Assembly (NCBI GenBank): GCA_964016885.1
Contig: OZ024746.1
Location: 38,068,001-38,132,000 of the forward strand
Length of the DNA stretch: 64,000 nucleotides
Direction of reading: 5' to 3'
Origin: Eledone cirrhosa
Lineage: Eukaryota
Positions 12,101 through 24,916 of the stretch are shown piece by piece. Position numbers and translations under genes: made by a program. A model generated the notes under the pieces. The model saw only the letters and a program-made list of their open reading frames with translations. It did not search any database and was not told where the DNA came from. Position 1 is the stretch's first letter, and every line of letters starts with the position of its first letter.

Positions 12101-13020
12101 TTAATCATAACCATTCCAATAATTTTAATAAAAGACCTAGATACAAAAACATAATCTGGTATAATGCTCCTTTCTCCATCTCTATTAATAACAATATTCC
12201 TAAATTATTTTTTAGTGCCTTAAATAAATGCTTCCCTCCCTCACATATCTATAGTAAAATATTTAACAAACACACCATCAAATTTTCGTATTCTACATCC
12301 TCCAATATTTCCAACATCATCTCTAAACACAACAACAAAATATTAAATACTAAATCTCTTCCTTCCAATATTGAATTTCATAATAACAGTAATAGTACTC
12401 CCGACGTCATTGTAAACCCTAGGCTAACTTGTGTAAACCCAAATACAACGTCAAACACAACTTCGCTAAATGTTCATAATCCAACTCTAAATCAAGAAAC
12501 TATTATTCCTATTATTCCTATCGCAAACAACTTCCCCAATCCAATTCCTTCTATAGATAACACTAGATCACTCATTAATAATCTCTCTAATTGCAACTGC
12601 CGCATTAAAAATAAATGTCCTCTCAACAACCATTGCCTCGATAAAAACTTAATTTATGAATGTAAAATTATAACTAGCACCAATTCCTTCACCTATTTTG
12701 GCTCCACTTCCACCTCTTTTAAAGCTCGTCTCTATAATCATCATTCATCTTTCAAATACAAACTTAAAAGAACTAACACTGCTCTCTCAGAACTCATATG
12801 GTCCTTAAAAGACAAAAACATTAAATATAACATCTTTTGGAAAAAGATTTCTTCTGCATCCTCATACTTGAACAGCTCTCTATCTAAAATCTGTAATCTC
12901 TGCCTAAATGAAAAATTTACCATTATCTCTAACCTAGATTCCATAATAAATAGACGCTCAGATTTGTTTTCTATCTGCCTGCATAAATTCCATAGAACTT
13001 TTCACAAAGTATACAGTTAA
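12082..13020 (+). CDS. GIY-YIG endonuclease frame, unit 3 (-1 frame)
   Basis: As unit 1. Confidence 0.8.
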   Translation, partial: KTYSRIINHNHSNNFNKRPRYKNIIWYNAPFSISINNNIPKLFFSALNKCFPPSHIYSKIFNKHTIKFSYSTSSNISNIISKHNNKILNTKSLPSNIEFHNNSNSTPDVIVNPRLTCVNPNTTSNTTSLNVHNPTLNQETIIPIIPIANNFPNPIPSIDNTRSLINNLSNCNCRIKNKCPLNNHCLDKNLIYECKIITSTNSFTYFGSTSTSFKARLYNHHSSFKYKLKRTNTALSELIWSLKDKNIKYNIFWKKISSASSYLNSSLSKICNLCLNEKFTIISNLDSIINRRSDLFSICLHKFHRTFHKVYS

Positions 13021-14001
13021 TATTCAATTCTTTATCAATTTAGAATCTTTTCTCAAAGGCACATATACATACACCTCTTTAAAATATACCCATCTACCTT
13101 ACTTTAAAGGGCATTATACACTCTATAATACTCGTTTACTCATTACCCTCATTCTATCTTCTCGTAAAACAATAACATTTGTTTTTGACATTTTGAATAT
13201 TCATCCGCAATCATTATTATTTTTTCTCTCTATCATAAATCTTTTTAATCTCAATTTCATCCTTAATTTATTATTATTTTTTTCTCCCCATCAACGAACT
13301 CATTATTAATACATATGAATTCAATATACAAACTTTAACTTCACATTATTATTCTCAAATCCTTCTACACATAAACCTTAACATTTTTCCCTTCGCTAAT
13401 TTTGAAATTGCCACAATACATACATTTCTTCTTTTGACGTTAGAATATTCACCCACAATTATTATTTTTTTCTCTCTATCTTCATACATAATTTCCCTTC
13501 GTTAATTTTCAAATTCCTTTAATTTATACATTATCTTCCAACGGTTCCCAACCTCTCTATATTAAAACAATATATCTTTTTCTCAGTTATAAAAACTATC
13601 TCTTTCTCTCTATCACCCATCTCTCCCTCTCCACCTTCACTCTCATCTCCCCCCCCCCCTTTTTTGTTCATCCTTTGCACCCCCCCCCTCCCTAAATAAA
13701 ATATTTTTTCCTCGCACATATCCTCCCTTCGTTAATTTTCAAAATTTTTAATTTATACAGTATCTTCCAACGGTTTTCAACCCCTCTATATAAAAAATAT
13801 ATCTCCTCTCAGTTATAAAAACTATCTCTTTCTCTCTATCACCCATCTCTCCCTCTCATCTCCTTCCCTTTTCATCCCCCCCCCCTCTCTAAATAAAATA
13901 TTTTTCCCAATATCACACATCAATCTAAAACCACTTTTCATATGTTGATTTAAAACTGCACTATCAACAAGTGTTTTTTTAGCCTTCATATCATGTTCTC
14001 C

Positions 14002-14072
14002 TGTTTTATCTGATGAAAACACAAATATTATTGCTTGATGATGTTTGTTTTTGAAATGCGCATAATAAAATA
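14002..14072 (+). ncRNA. Hammerhead ribozyme, family A
   Basis: Same as 3026-3096. Confidence 0.9.
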
Positions 14073-14276
14073 TATGGAACTCCTTTAACCATCTTTTGAT
14101 CTTATATTATGCATACTCCAGTCCCACAAACTGTAGAGTGCTTCTTATCCGATATCTGCATTGCTTTATTGTACTACAATAAAACTCACCTCCTACATTA
14201 ACTTGCTCCTTAACGGTTGAGCGCTTACTCTCATATTGGATACCTTTTGATGGTCCTTCACCTCTTCTTCTACAAC

Positions 14277-15758
14277 ATGGATTATTACAACATAACCAAT
14301 TCAACTAAAGACATTCCTATACCTGGTAAATCTGAATTCACCAAACTTCTTATTGAAAAAACTGACTCCTTCGTAAGAAGACTTAGATGGACAGCCTATT
14401 TCTATGACCAGCGCCTAAAAGGGAACTTTCATACCAAAGAACACAACTTCCTCGATCATCTTTTTAATTCTAGACGAAATCCTCCTTCCAACAAAAATCT
14501 AGCACAATTCGAGGAAGAATTAACTAAAATAATAAAAAATCTTAAATTCAAGAGATACCCTTACAAAGGACAAGAGCACCTTGTAAATCTCAAGAACACA
14601 ATCTCTAACCTAAATTCCTCAAAAAATGTTTTAGTCCACTCTGACAAAACCAATAACCTATATGGTATTTCTAAGGATAATTATAACAACCTTATCCTAA
14701 AGGAACTTAGGAAAAAGTATCGTAAAACCAACCATGAAAATTTAGAATGCATAAACCTTGAAGCCTATGAGATTATGTCAAAACTTGGCATTGAAAAAAA
14801 GACCGAACCATTCCTCCCAAGAACTCCGAGGATAAATCTCAAGGATCACCAAAACAATTTTCGCACTGAACTACCTGTTAGATTAATCGCCCCCTCTAAA
14901 TCTGATCTGGGGGTTGTTAGTAAAGCCATCTTGGATAGGATTATCCCACAGGTTAGTTCTAATTGCTCTTCTTTAAACCTAAATTTATGGTTTGGTACTT
15001 CTGAAGTGATTGGCTGGTTCAACAAATTGGATAATAAAAACAAACTAAAATTTATTCAATTCGATATTGCCAGCTACTATTCCTCCATTTCGCCTTCACT
15101 TCTCAATAATGCTCTATGTTTCGCACTTAAATATTCTGACATCACCACAGATGAACTTCACATCATCATCACCGCACGTAAAACCATCCTAGAGTTCAAC
15201 AACGAATATTGGACCAGAGCCGATACCTCTAACAACTTCGACATCACAATGGGAGCATCCGATTCATCCCAATTGACTGATTTAATTGGTATCTTCATTT
15301 TGAACTCTTTGAGTCGGAAAATTCCTCAACTTCGCGGTGGAATTTATCGTGACGATGGACTCTTTACTATCCTAAATTGCAATATAGTTAAACTTAATAT
15401 TATTAAGAACAATATACGTAATCTCTTTAACCAACATAACCTAAAAATTGAATTTGATAATAGTATAAAACTAGCTAATTTCTTGGATGTATCTCTTAAT
15501 CTTGACACTGGCCTATATTACCCTTACCATAAAAACAATGAGAATCTTAATTATGTTAACTTTAAATCTAACCATCCTACCAATATCAAGAATGCTATAG
15601 TTAATAATATTGGAAATAGAATATCTAACATATCTTCTAATAAAAACATCTTTGATGCTAACGCCAATTACTATAATAACGCACTTTCTAAAGCCGGCTA
15701 TCCAGATAAAATCAAATATAATAAAGAAACAAATTCTAGAAAACTTACAGTAGAATAA
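14277..15758 (+). CDS. PLE reverse transcriptase, unit 4
   Basis: Uninterrupted RT ORF. Confidence 0.9.
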   Translation: MDYYNITNSTKDIPIPGKSEFTKLLIEKTDSFVRRLRWTAYFYDQRLKGNFHTKEHNFLDHLFNSRRNPPSNKNLAQFEEELTKIIKNLKFKRYPYKGQEHLVNLKNTISNLNSSKNVLVHSDKTNNLYGISKDNYNNLILKELRKKYRKTNHENLECINLEAYEIMSKLGIEKKTEPFLPRTPRINLKDHQNNFRTELPVRLIAPSKSDLGVVSKAILDRIIPQVSSNCSSLNLNLWFGTSEVIGWFNKLDNKNKLKFIQFDIASYYSSISPSLLNNALCFALKYSDITTDELHIIITARKTILEFNNEYWTRADTSNNFDITMGASDSSQLTDLIGIFILNSLSRKIPQLRGGIYRDDGLFTILNCNIVKLNIIKNNIRNLFNQHNLKIEFDNSIKLANFLDVSLNLDTGLYYPYHKNNENLNYVNFKSNHPTNIKNAIVNNIGNRISNISSNKNIFDANANYYNNALSKAGYPDKIKYNKETNSRKLTVE

Positions 15759-16678
15759 TTAATCATAACCATTCCAATAATTTTAATAAAAGACCTAGAT
15801 ACAAAAACATAATCTGGTATAATGCTCCTTTCTCCATCTCTATTAATAACAATATTCCTAAATTATTTTTTAGTGCCTTAAATAAATGCTTCCCTCCCTC
15901 ACATATCTATAGTAAAATATTTAACAAACACACCATCAAATTTTCGTATTCTACATCCTCCAATATTTCCAACATCATCTCTAAACACAACAACAAAATA
16001 TTAAATACTAAATCTCTTCCTTCCAATATTGAATTTCATAATAACAGTAATAGTACTCCCGACGTCATTGTAAACCCTAGGCTAACTTGTGTAAACCCAA
16101 ATACAACGTCAAACACAACTTCGCTAAATGTTCATAATCCAACTCTAAATCAAGAAACTATTATTCCTATTATTCCTATCGCAAACAACTTCCCCAATCC
16201 AATTCCTTCTATAGATAACACTAGATCACTCATTAATAATCTCTCTAATTGCAACTGCCGCATTAAAAATAAATGTCCTCTCAACAACCATTGCCTCGAT
16301 AAAAACTTAATTTATGAATGTAAAATTATAACTAGCACCAATTCCTTCACCTATTTTGGCTCCACTTCCACCTCTTTTAAAGCTCGTCTCTATAATCATC
16401 ATTCATCTTTCAAATACAAACTTAAAAGAACTAACACTGCTCTCTCAGAACTCATATGGTCCTTAAAAGACAAAAACATTAAATATAACATCTTTTGGAA
16501 AAAGATTTCTTCTGCATCCTCATACTTGAACAGCTCTCTATCTAAAATCTGTAATCTCTGCCTAAATGAAAAATTTACCATTATCTCTAACCTAGATTCC
16601 ATAATAAATAGACGCTCAGATTTGTTTTCTATCTGCCTGCATAAATTCCATAGAACTTTTCACAAAGTATACAGTTAA
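15740..16678 (+). CDS. GIY-YIG endonuclease frame, unit 4 (-1 frame)
   Basis: As unit 1. Confidence 0.8.
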   Translation, partial: KTYSRIINHNHSNNFNKRPRYKNIIWYNAPFSISINNNIPKLFFSALNKCFPPSHIYSKIFNKHTIKFSYSTSSNISNIISKHNNKILNTKSLPSNIEFHNNSNSTPDVIVNPRLTCVNPNTTSNTTSLNVHNPTLNQETIIPIIPIANNFPNPIPSIDNTRSLINNLSNCNCRIKNKCPLNNHCLDKNLIYECKIITSTNSFTYFGSTSTSFKARLYNHHSSFKYKLKRTNTALSELIWSLKDKNIKYNIFWKKISSASSYLNSSLSKICNLCLNEKFTIISNLDSIINRRSDLFSICLHKFHRTFHKVYS

Positions 16679-17658
16679 TATTCAATTCTTTATCAATTTA
16701 GAATCTTTTCTCAAAGGCACATATACATACACCTCTTTAAAATATACCCATCTACCTTACTTTAAAGGGCATTATACACTCTATAATACTCGTTTACTCA
16801 TTACCCTCATTCTATCTTCTCGTAAAACAATAACATTTGTTTTTGACATTTTGAATATTCATCCGCAATCATTATTATTTTTTCTCTCTATCATAAATCT
16901 TTTTAATCTCAATTTCATCCTTAATTTATTATTATTTTTTTCTCCCCATCAACGAACTCATTATTAATACATATGAATTCAATATACAAACTTTAACTTC
17001 ACATTATTATTCTCAAATCCTTCTACACATAAACCTTAACATTTTTCCCTTCGCTAATTTTGAAATTGCCACAATACATACATTTCTTCTTTTGACGTTA
17101 GAATATTCACCCACAATTATTATTTTTTTCTCTCTATCTTCATACATAATTTCCCTTCGTTAATTTTCAAATTCCTTTAATTTATACATTATCTTCCAAC
17201 GGTTCCCAACCTCTCTATATTAAAACAATATATCTTTTTCTCAGTTATAAAAACTATCTCTTTCTCTCTATCACCCATCTCTCCCTCTCCACCTTCACTC
17301 TCATCTCCCCCCCCCCTTTTTTGTTCATCCTTTGCACCCCCCCCCTCCCTAAATAAAATATTTTTTCCTCGCACATATCCTCCCTTCGTTAATTTTCAAA
17401 ATTTTTAATTTATACAGTATCTTCCAACGGTTTTCAACCCCTCTATATAAAAAATATATCTCCTCTCAGTTATAAAAACTATCTCTTTCTCTCTATCACC
17501 CATCTCTCCCTCTCATCTCCTTCCCTTTTCATCCCCCCCCCCTCTCTAAATAAAATATTTTTCCCAATATCACACATCAATCTAAAACCACTTTTCATAT
17601 GTTGATTTAAAACTGCACTATCAACAAGTGTTTTTTTAGCCTTCATATCATGTTCTCC

Positions 17659-17729
17659 TGTTTTATCTGATGAAAACACAAATATTATTGCTTGATGATG
17701 TTTGTTTTTGAAATGCGCATAATAAAATA
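17659..17729 (+). ncRNA. Hammerhead ribozyme, family A
   Basis: Same as 3026-3096. Confidence 0.9.
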
Positions 17730-17933
17730 TATGGAACTCCTTTAACCATCTTTTGATCTTATATTATGCATACTCCAGTCCCACAAACTGTAGAGTGCTT
17801 CTTATCCGATATCTGCATTGCTTTATTGTACTACAATAAAACTCACCTCCTACATTAACTTGCTCCTTAACGGTTGAGCGCTTACTCTCATATTGGATAC
17901 CTTTTGATGGTCCTTCACCTCTTCTTCTACAAC

Positions 17934-19416
17934 ATGGATTATTACAACATAACCAATTCAACTAAAGACATTCCTATACCTGGTAAATCTGAATTCACCA
18001 AACTTCTTATTGAAAAAACTGACTCCTTCGTAAGAAGACTTAGATGGACAGCCTATTTCTATGACCAGCGCCTAAAAGGGAACTTTCATACCAAAGAACA
18101 CAACTTCCTCGATCATCTTTTTAATTCTAGACGAAATCCTCCTTCCAACAAAAATCTAGCACAATTCGAGGAAGAATTAACTAAAATAATAAAAAATCTT
18201 AAATTCAAGAGATACCCTTACAAAGGACAAGAGCACCTTGTAAATCTCAAGAACACAATCTCTAACCTAAATTCCTCAAAAAATGTTTTAGTCCACTCTG
18301 ACAAAACCAAATAACCTATATGGTATTTCTAAGGATAATTATAACAACCTTATCCTAAAGGAACTTAGGAAAAAGTATCGTAAAACCAACCATGAAAATT
18401 TAGAATGCATAAACCTTGAAGCCTATGAGATTATGTCAAAACTTGGCATTGAAAAAAAGACCGAACCATTCCTCCCAAGAACTCCGAGGATAAATCTCAA
18501 GGATCACCAAAACAATTTTCGCACTGAACTACCTGTTAGATTAATCGCCCCCTCTAAATCTGATCTGGGGGTTGTTAGTAAAGCCATCTTGGATAGGATT
18601 ATCCCACAGGTTAGTTCTAATTGCTCTTCTTTAAACCTAAATTTATGGTTTGGTACTTCTGAAGTGATTGGCTGGTTCAACAAATTGGATAATAAAAACA
18701 AACTAAAATTTATTCAATTCGATATTGCCAGCTACTATTCCTCCATTTCGCCTTCACTTCTCAATAATGCTCTATCTTTCGCACTTAAATATTCTGACAT
18801 CACCACAGATGAATTTCACATCATCCTCACCGCACGTAAAACCATCCTAGAGTTCAACAACGAATATTGGACCAGAGCCGATACCTCTAACAACTTCGAC
18901 ATCACAATGGGAGCATCCGATTCATCCCAATTGACTGATTTAATTGGTATCTTCATTTTGAACTCTTTGAGTCGGAAAATTCCTCAACTTCGCGGTGGAA
19001 TTTATCGTGACGATGGACTCTTTACTATCCTAAATTGCAATATAGTTAAACTTAATATTATTAAGAACAATATACGTAATCTCTTTAACCAACATAACCT
19101 AAAAATTGAATTTGATAATAGTATCAAACTAGCTAATTTCTTGGATGTATCTCTTAATCTTGACACTGGCCTATATTACCCTTACCATAAAAACAATGAG
19201 AATCTTAATTATGTTAACTTTAAATCTAACCATCCTACCAATATCAAGAATGCTATAGTTAATAATATTGGAAATAGAATATCTAACATATCTTCTAATA
19301 AAAACATCTTTGATGCTAACGCCAATTACTATAATAACGCACTTTCTAAAGCCGGCTATCCAGATAAAATCAAATATAATAAAGAAACAAATTCTAGAAA
19401 ACTTACAGTAGAATAA
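17934..19416 (+). pseudogene. PLE reverse transcriptase, unit 5, with the same +1 A frameshift as unit 1
   Basis: 'aaaccaaataacc' near 18310. Confidence 0.88.
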
Positions 19417-20336
19417 TTAATCATAACCATTCCAATAATTTTAATAAAAGACCTAGATACAAAAACATAATCTGGTATAATGCTCCTTTCTCCATCTCTA
19501 TTAATAACAATATTCCTAAATTATTTTTTAGTGCCTTAAATAAATGCTTCCCTCCCTCACATATCTATAGTAAAATATTTAACAAACACACCATCAAATT
19601 TTCGTATTCTACATCCTCCAATATTTCCAACATCATCTCTAAACACAACAACAAAATATTAAATACTAAATCTCTTCCTTCCAATATTGAATTTCATAAT
19701 AACAGTAATAGTACTCCCGACGTCATTGTAAACCCTAGGCTAACTTGTGTAAACCCAAATACAACGTCAAACACAACTTCGCTAAATGTTCATAATCCAA
19801 CTCTAAATCAAGAAACTATTATTCCTATTATTCCTATCGCAAACAACTTCCCCAATCCAATTCCTTCTATAGATAACACTAGATCACTCATTAATAATCT
19901 CTCTAATTGCAACTGCCGCATTAAAAATAAATGTCCTCTCAACAACCATTGCCTCGATAAAAACTTAATTTATGAATGTAAAATTATAACTAGCACCAAT
20001 TCCTTCACCTATTTTGGCTCCACTTCCACCTCTTTTAAAGCTCGTCTCTATAATCATCATTCATCTTTCAAATACAAACTTAAAAGAACTAACACTGCTC
20101 TCTCAGAACTCATATGGTCCTTAAAAGACAAAAACATTAAATATAACATCTTTTGGAAAAAGATTTCTTCTGCATCCTCATACTTGAACAGCTCTCTATC
20201 TAAAATCTGTAATCTCTGCCTAAATGAAAAATTTACCATTATCTCTAACCTAGATTCCATAATAAATAGACGCTCAGATTTGTTTTCTATCTGCCTGCAT
20301 AAATTCCATAGAACTTTTCACAAAGTATACAGTTAA
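19398..20336 (+). CDS. GIY-YIG endonuclease frame, unit 5 (-1 frame)
   Basis: As unit 1. Confidence 0.8.
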   Translation, partial: KTYSRIINHNHSNNFNKRPRYKNIIWYNAPFSISINNNIPKLFFSALNKCFPPSHIYSKIFNKHTIKFSYSTSSNISNIISKHNNKILNTKSLPSNIEFHNNSNSTPDVIVNPRLTCVNPNTTSNTTSLNVHNPTLNQETIIPIIPIANNFPNPIPSIDNTRSLINNLSNCNCRIKNKCPLNNHCLDKNLIYECKIITSTNSFTYFGSTSTSFKARLYNHHSSFKYKLKRTNTALSELIWSLKDKNIKYNIFWKKISSASSYLNSSLSKICNLCLNEKFTIISNLDSIINRRSDLFSICLHKFHRTFHKVYS

Positions 20337-21322
20337 TATTCAATTCTTTATCAATTTAGAATCTTTTCTCAAAGGCACATATACATACACCTCTTTAAAA
20401 TATACCCATCTACCTTACTTTAAAGGGCATTATACACTCTATAATACTCGTTTACTCATTACCCTCATTCTATCTTCTCGTAAAACAATAACATTTGTTT
20501 TTGACATTTTGAATATTCATCCGCAATCATTATTATTTTTTCTCTCTATCATAAATCTTTTTAATCTCAATTTCATCCTTAATTTATTATTATTTTTTTC
20601 TCCCCATCAACGAACTCATTATTAATACATATGAATTCAATATACAAACTTTAACTTCACATTATTATTCTCAAATCCTTCTACACATAAACCTTAACAT
20701 TTTTCCCTTCGCTAATTTTGAAATTGCCACAATACATACATTTCTTCTTTTGACGTTAGAATATTCACCCACAATTATTATTTTTTTCTCTCTATCTTCA
20801 TACATAATTTCCCTTCGTTAATTTTCAAATTCCTTTAATTTATACATTATCTTCCAACGGTTCCCAACCTCTCTATATTAAAACAATATATCTTTTTCTC
20901 AGTTATAAAAACTATCTCTTTCTCTCTATCACCCATCTCTCCCTCTCCACCTTCACTCTCATCTCCCCCCCCCCTTTTTTTTTTCATCCTTTGCACCCCC
21001 CCCCCTCCCTAAATAAAATATTTTTTCCTCGCACATATCCTCCCTTCGTTAATTTTCAAAATTTTTAATTTATACAGTATCTTCCAACGGTTTTCAACCC
21101 CTCTATATAAAAAATATATCTCCTCTCAGTTATAAAAACTATCTCTTTCTCTCTATCACCCATCTCTCCCTCTCATCTCCTTCCCTTTTCATCCTTCCCC
21201 CCCCCCTCTCTAAATAAATTATTTTTCCCAATATCACACATCAATCTAAAACCACTTTTCATATGTTGATTTAAAACTGCACTATCAACAAGTGTTTTTT
21301 TAGCCTTCATATCATGTTCTCC

Positions 21323-21393
21323 TGTTTTATCTGATGAAAACACAAATATTATTGCTTGATGATGTTTGTTTTTGAAATGCGCATAATAAAATA
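21323..21393 (+). ncRNA. Hammerhead ribozyme, family A terminal pLTR
   Basis: Same as 3026-3096. Confidence 0.9.
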
Positions 21394-21517
21394 TATGGAA
21401 CTCCTTTAACCATCTTTTGATCTTATATTATGCATACTCCAGTCCCACAAACTGTAGAGTGCTTCTTATCCGATATCTGCATTGCTTTATTGTACTACAA
21501 TAAAACTCACTTCCTAC

Positions 21518-21739
<222 letters not shown>

Positions 21740-21759
21740 CATACAGATACATACGTGAA

Positions 21760-21905
21760 GGCGCATGGCTTAGTGGTTAAGGCATTGGGCTTGAATCGAA
21801 AAGTTGTGAGTTCAATTCTCGGACCGGGTGATGTGTTGTTTCTTTGAGCAGGACACTTTATTTCACGTTGCTCCAGTTTACTCAGCTGTAGAAATGAGTA
21901 CCGGC
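21760..21905 (+). mobile_element. tRNA-derived SINE (Octopus-type)
   Basis: A box TGGCTTAGTGG, B box GAGTTCAATTC, body 'ttgagcaggacactttatttcacgttgctccag'. Confidence 0.8.
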
Positions 21906-21972
21906 CTGCCCGCCCAGTCAGTGGGATGTCGTTATCCTATGGTGAAAAGAGCACGACATAGGTGATATATAT

Positions 21973-22023
<51 letters not shown>

Positions 22024-22262
22024 TATATATATATATATATAAATTACAGAATAAACAAAACATTTTATTGCAGACGATCGTTTCTTCCAAACTTTCGTTT
22101 GGATTCGTCGGACCACTTCCAAAGTTTAGTCATATAATTACCCTCCTATTCCACCGAACAATTGTAAAGATTCGTAGTTATTACTGTTGTCATTAACAGT
22201 GTCATATTTAAAGAGTGAATATGATGTTGTCAGTAATATATATATGTATATATTCGAAAGAA

Positions 22263-22332
<70 letters not shown>

Positions 22333-22564
22333 GATATTAAATAAATGGAAACTATATTTATAAAACCATATTTATTTCGTTATATATATTTCAGGGATAT
22401 CATATGATATCCCTGAAATATATATAACGAAATAAATATGGTTTTATAAATATAGTTTCCATTTATTTAATATCATAAATATACTCCAAATACTTGTTGA
22501 GTGCTTTTATATCAGTTATAAATATTTACTCGTTGTTAACCCAACAATTTAAATATAACTTTCC

Positions 22565-22565
<1 letters not shown>
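22333..22565. mobile_element. Family B asymmetric foldback (71-bp perfect arms + 91-nt tail)
   Basis: Perfect palindrome centred on catatg (22401-22406); right arm runs on to 'taactttcca'; TA on both sides. Confidence 0.88.
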
Positions 22566-22597
<32 letters not shown>

Positions 22598-22851
22598 CCC
22601 ACAGGGGTGAAATATAAAATAAAAGAGTTTTAAAATGCAATTTCCGTCTTTAAGAATGTTTATTTACATCTATATATAATTTTCTGGTTTAATAATTTTT
22701 TATAAATTTCAAGAGCTGGAGAGATCTGTGGTTATGTTGACTCGTAACTAGCATCTAACTGATGTTGGCAATTTCCTTCAGTTTTATGGAAAACAAGTGG
22801 CTCAAAATGCTATATGTTTGAAGTCCAATTTGATAGGTTGAGGATGATCAC

Positions 22852-22885
<34 letters not shown>

Positions 22886-23192
22886 TATATAAATGTGTGA
22901 CGAGTGTGACTTTCTATTTGTACATATAAGCGGGCATACAAGGAAACTAATTTTAAACACAATAATGCATATACATTATTCATACATTCAATATTTGTTT
23001 ATTACTTCGCCATATAGTTGTTTGGTAACTGATAGTCGTTTTCTCCCTATAGAAAATGTGTATACCAAATATTATATACAGTAAATGATATTTACTTCTT
23101 ATTCCGTGATCTTTGTAGTTGTGTTTCCATTAATATTGTTATTATCTATTCTGATATGGTGTACGAACAATACGTAAACACCCACAGAACAT

Positions 23193-23258
<66 letters not shown>

Positions 23259-23586
23259 AGAGAGAGAGAGAATAAGAGAGAGAGAGAGGGTGGGGGAGAG
23301 AGAGAGATTCTCGAGCTGTGTCTCAGTGTAACTTTAGTTTAAAAAGGTACGCAATTCATTAATAGAGTGTATAGTGGTTTTTTTTTACTTCTTCAGGACT
23401 AAAAGCGATTCATTCAGGTGAAATTATCAGGAAAGTCTACATACACACCGATAAACGTATATGTAAGCATACTTACACATACACATATATACACATGCAC
23501 ACATATTCACACATGCATATATACACATACCCACAGACATATACAAAAGCATGCACACACACACACACACACACATACACGCACAC

Positions 23587-23712
<126 letters not shown>

Positions 23713-24110
23713 CTACACATGTTTCGTTCATTCTCGTTCTGGGGGATATAAAAATTCTTACTTTGCAGTCATTTTCCCACAATTTCCTGAATTCAAGTGT
23801 TTTTGTGTTGCACTAGTTATTCGGTGAGTAACTCGTGGTTGTTTCTTTGTATCTATCTATTTGGTGAGAAAACCCGGAGTATTTATGTTGTTCCATGTGG
23901 GTATGGCTTACATAGCTCATTACTTGAATTGACGTATACATTTGGAATAGCTCCATATAAACAACTCCCGGGTGTTTCGAAGTCGAAATGTTTTATAATC
24001 ACCTCTTTTGCTATCTTCCAGGTGATGTTATCTGTAGAGTCCTCTTTCAGCATTCTTTCATTACCGGAGAGCTTCGTTTTATTTTGTTTTCTATCGGTTC
24101 TGAAACAACA

Positions 24111-24147
<37 letters not shown>

Positions 24148-24181
24148 CACACACACATATATATACACACACACGCCCACG

Positions 24182-24230
<49 letters not shown>

Positions 24231-24721
24231 GCCTTTTATCCTGCTATTGTCAAGCAGATTTCATGCACAGCCTGTATCACAAACTACCATCATTCACATT
24301 AATTAATATTAGTTGATTTGCTGAATTGTTATAACTAAGCCGCATATTATGGTAGTGTCGTAACATCACGTACATTTTCTCCTCCCCCGAATTTAATGAT
24401 ACAGAGACCTGGCTATATACCCAGAAAGTGCAGCTTTGTACCAATATAGAAAATATTATTTAATACTATAATAAATTATATATTTTGTCAGATATATCAA
24501 GCGAATATGTTGAGATTTACAAGTAGACATCAGTGCAAAGTAATATTAATATATAAATGTGTTTAGTGAATGTAATTCTTAATATCTTTAAGCTATCTCT
24601 CCATTTGTTGAAGACTCGATTTCAGTACAATAAACACCTCCTAAATCATTTATTTAAATTTGGGTCATTGGGTCATATCACTTAAGTCTCATGAGGCATT
24701 TCAACTTACATTTGATTATGG

Positions 24722-24916
24722 AAATAATTGTTTCTACTTTTGGTACAAGGCCAGCAATTACCTAGTGAATTACTGGTACTTTATTTTATCGACCTCATAA
24801 GGATGAAAGGCAAAGTTAACCTCGGCGGGATTTGAACTCAGAATGGCAATGGCCGTAACTCTATGCATCAAAGCATGGTGTCCGACACTCTACCAATACT
24901 GCCAATCCGCCTCGCT
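24722..24916 (-). mobile_element. tRNA-derived SINE with Meta-like central domain
   Basis: Minus strand: ggcggattggcag..gagttcaaatcccgccgagg..tttgcctttcatcc..ggtcgataaaataaagtaccagt. Confidence 0.8.

Noticed and set aside
2050-20260. Short antisense ORFs repeated in each unit (MESRLE.., MFLLSN.., MNWLCC..)
   Set aside because: Shadow frames; they recur only because the units are near-identical.
21760-21830. tRNA gene
   Set aside because: A and B boxes are present but there is no good cloverleaf, and a SINE body follows.
23865-24060. Possible large degenerate HHR on the minus strand
   Set aside because: Core reads CTGAAAGA and stem I is missing; only a long hairpin is supported.
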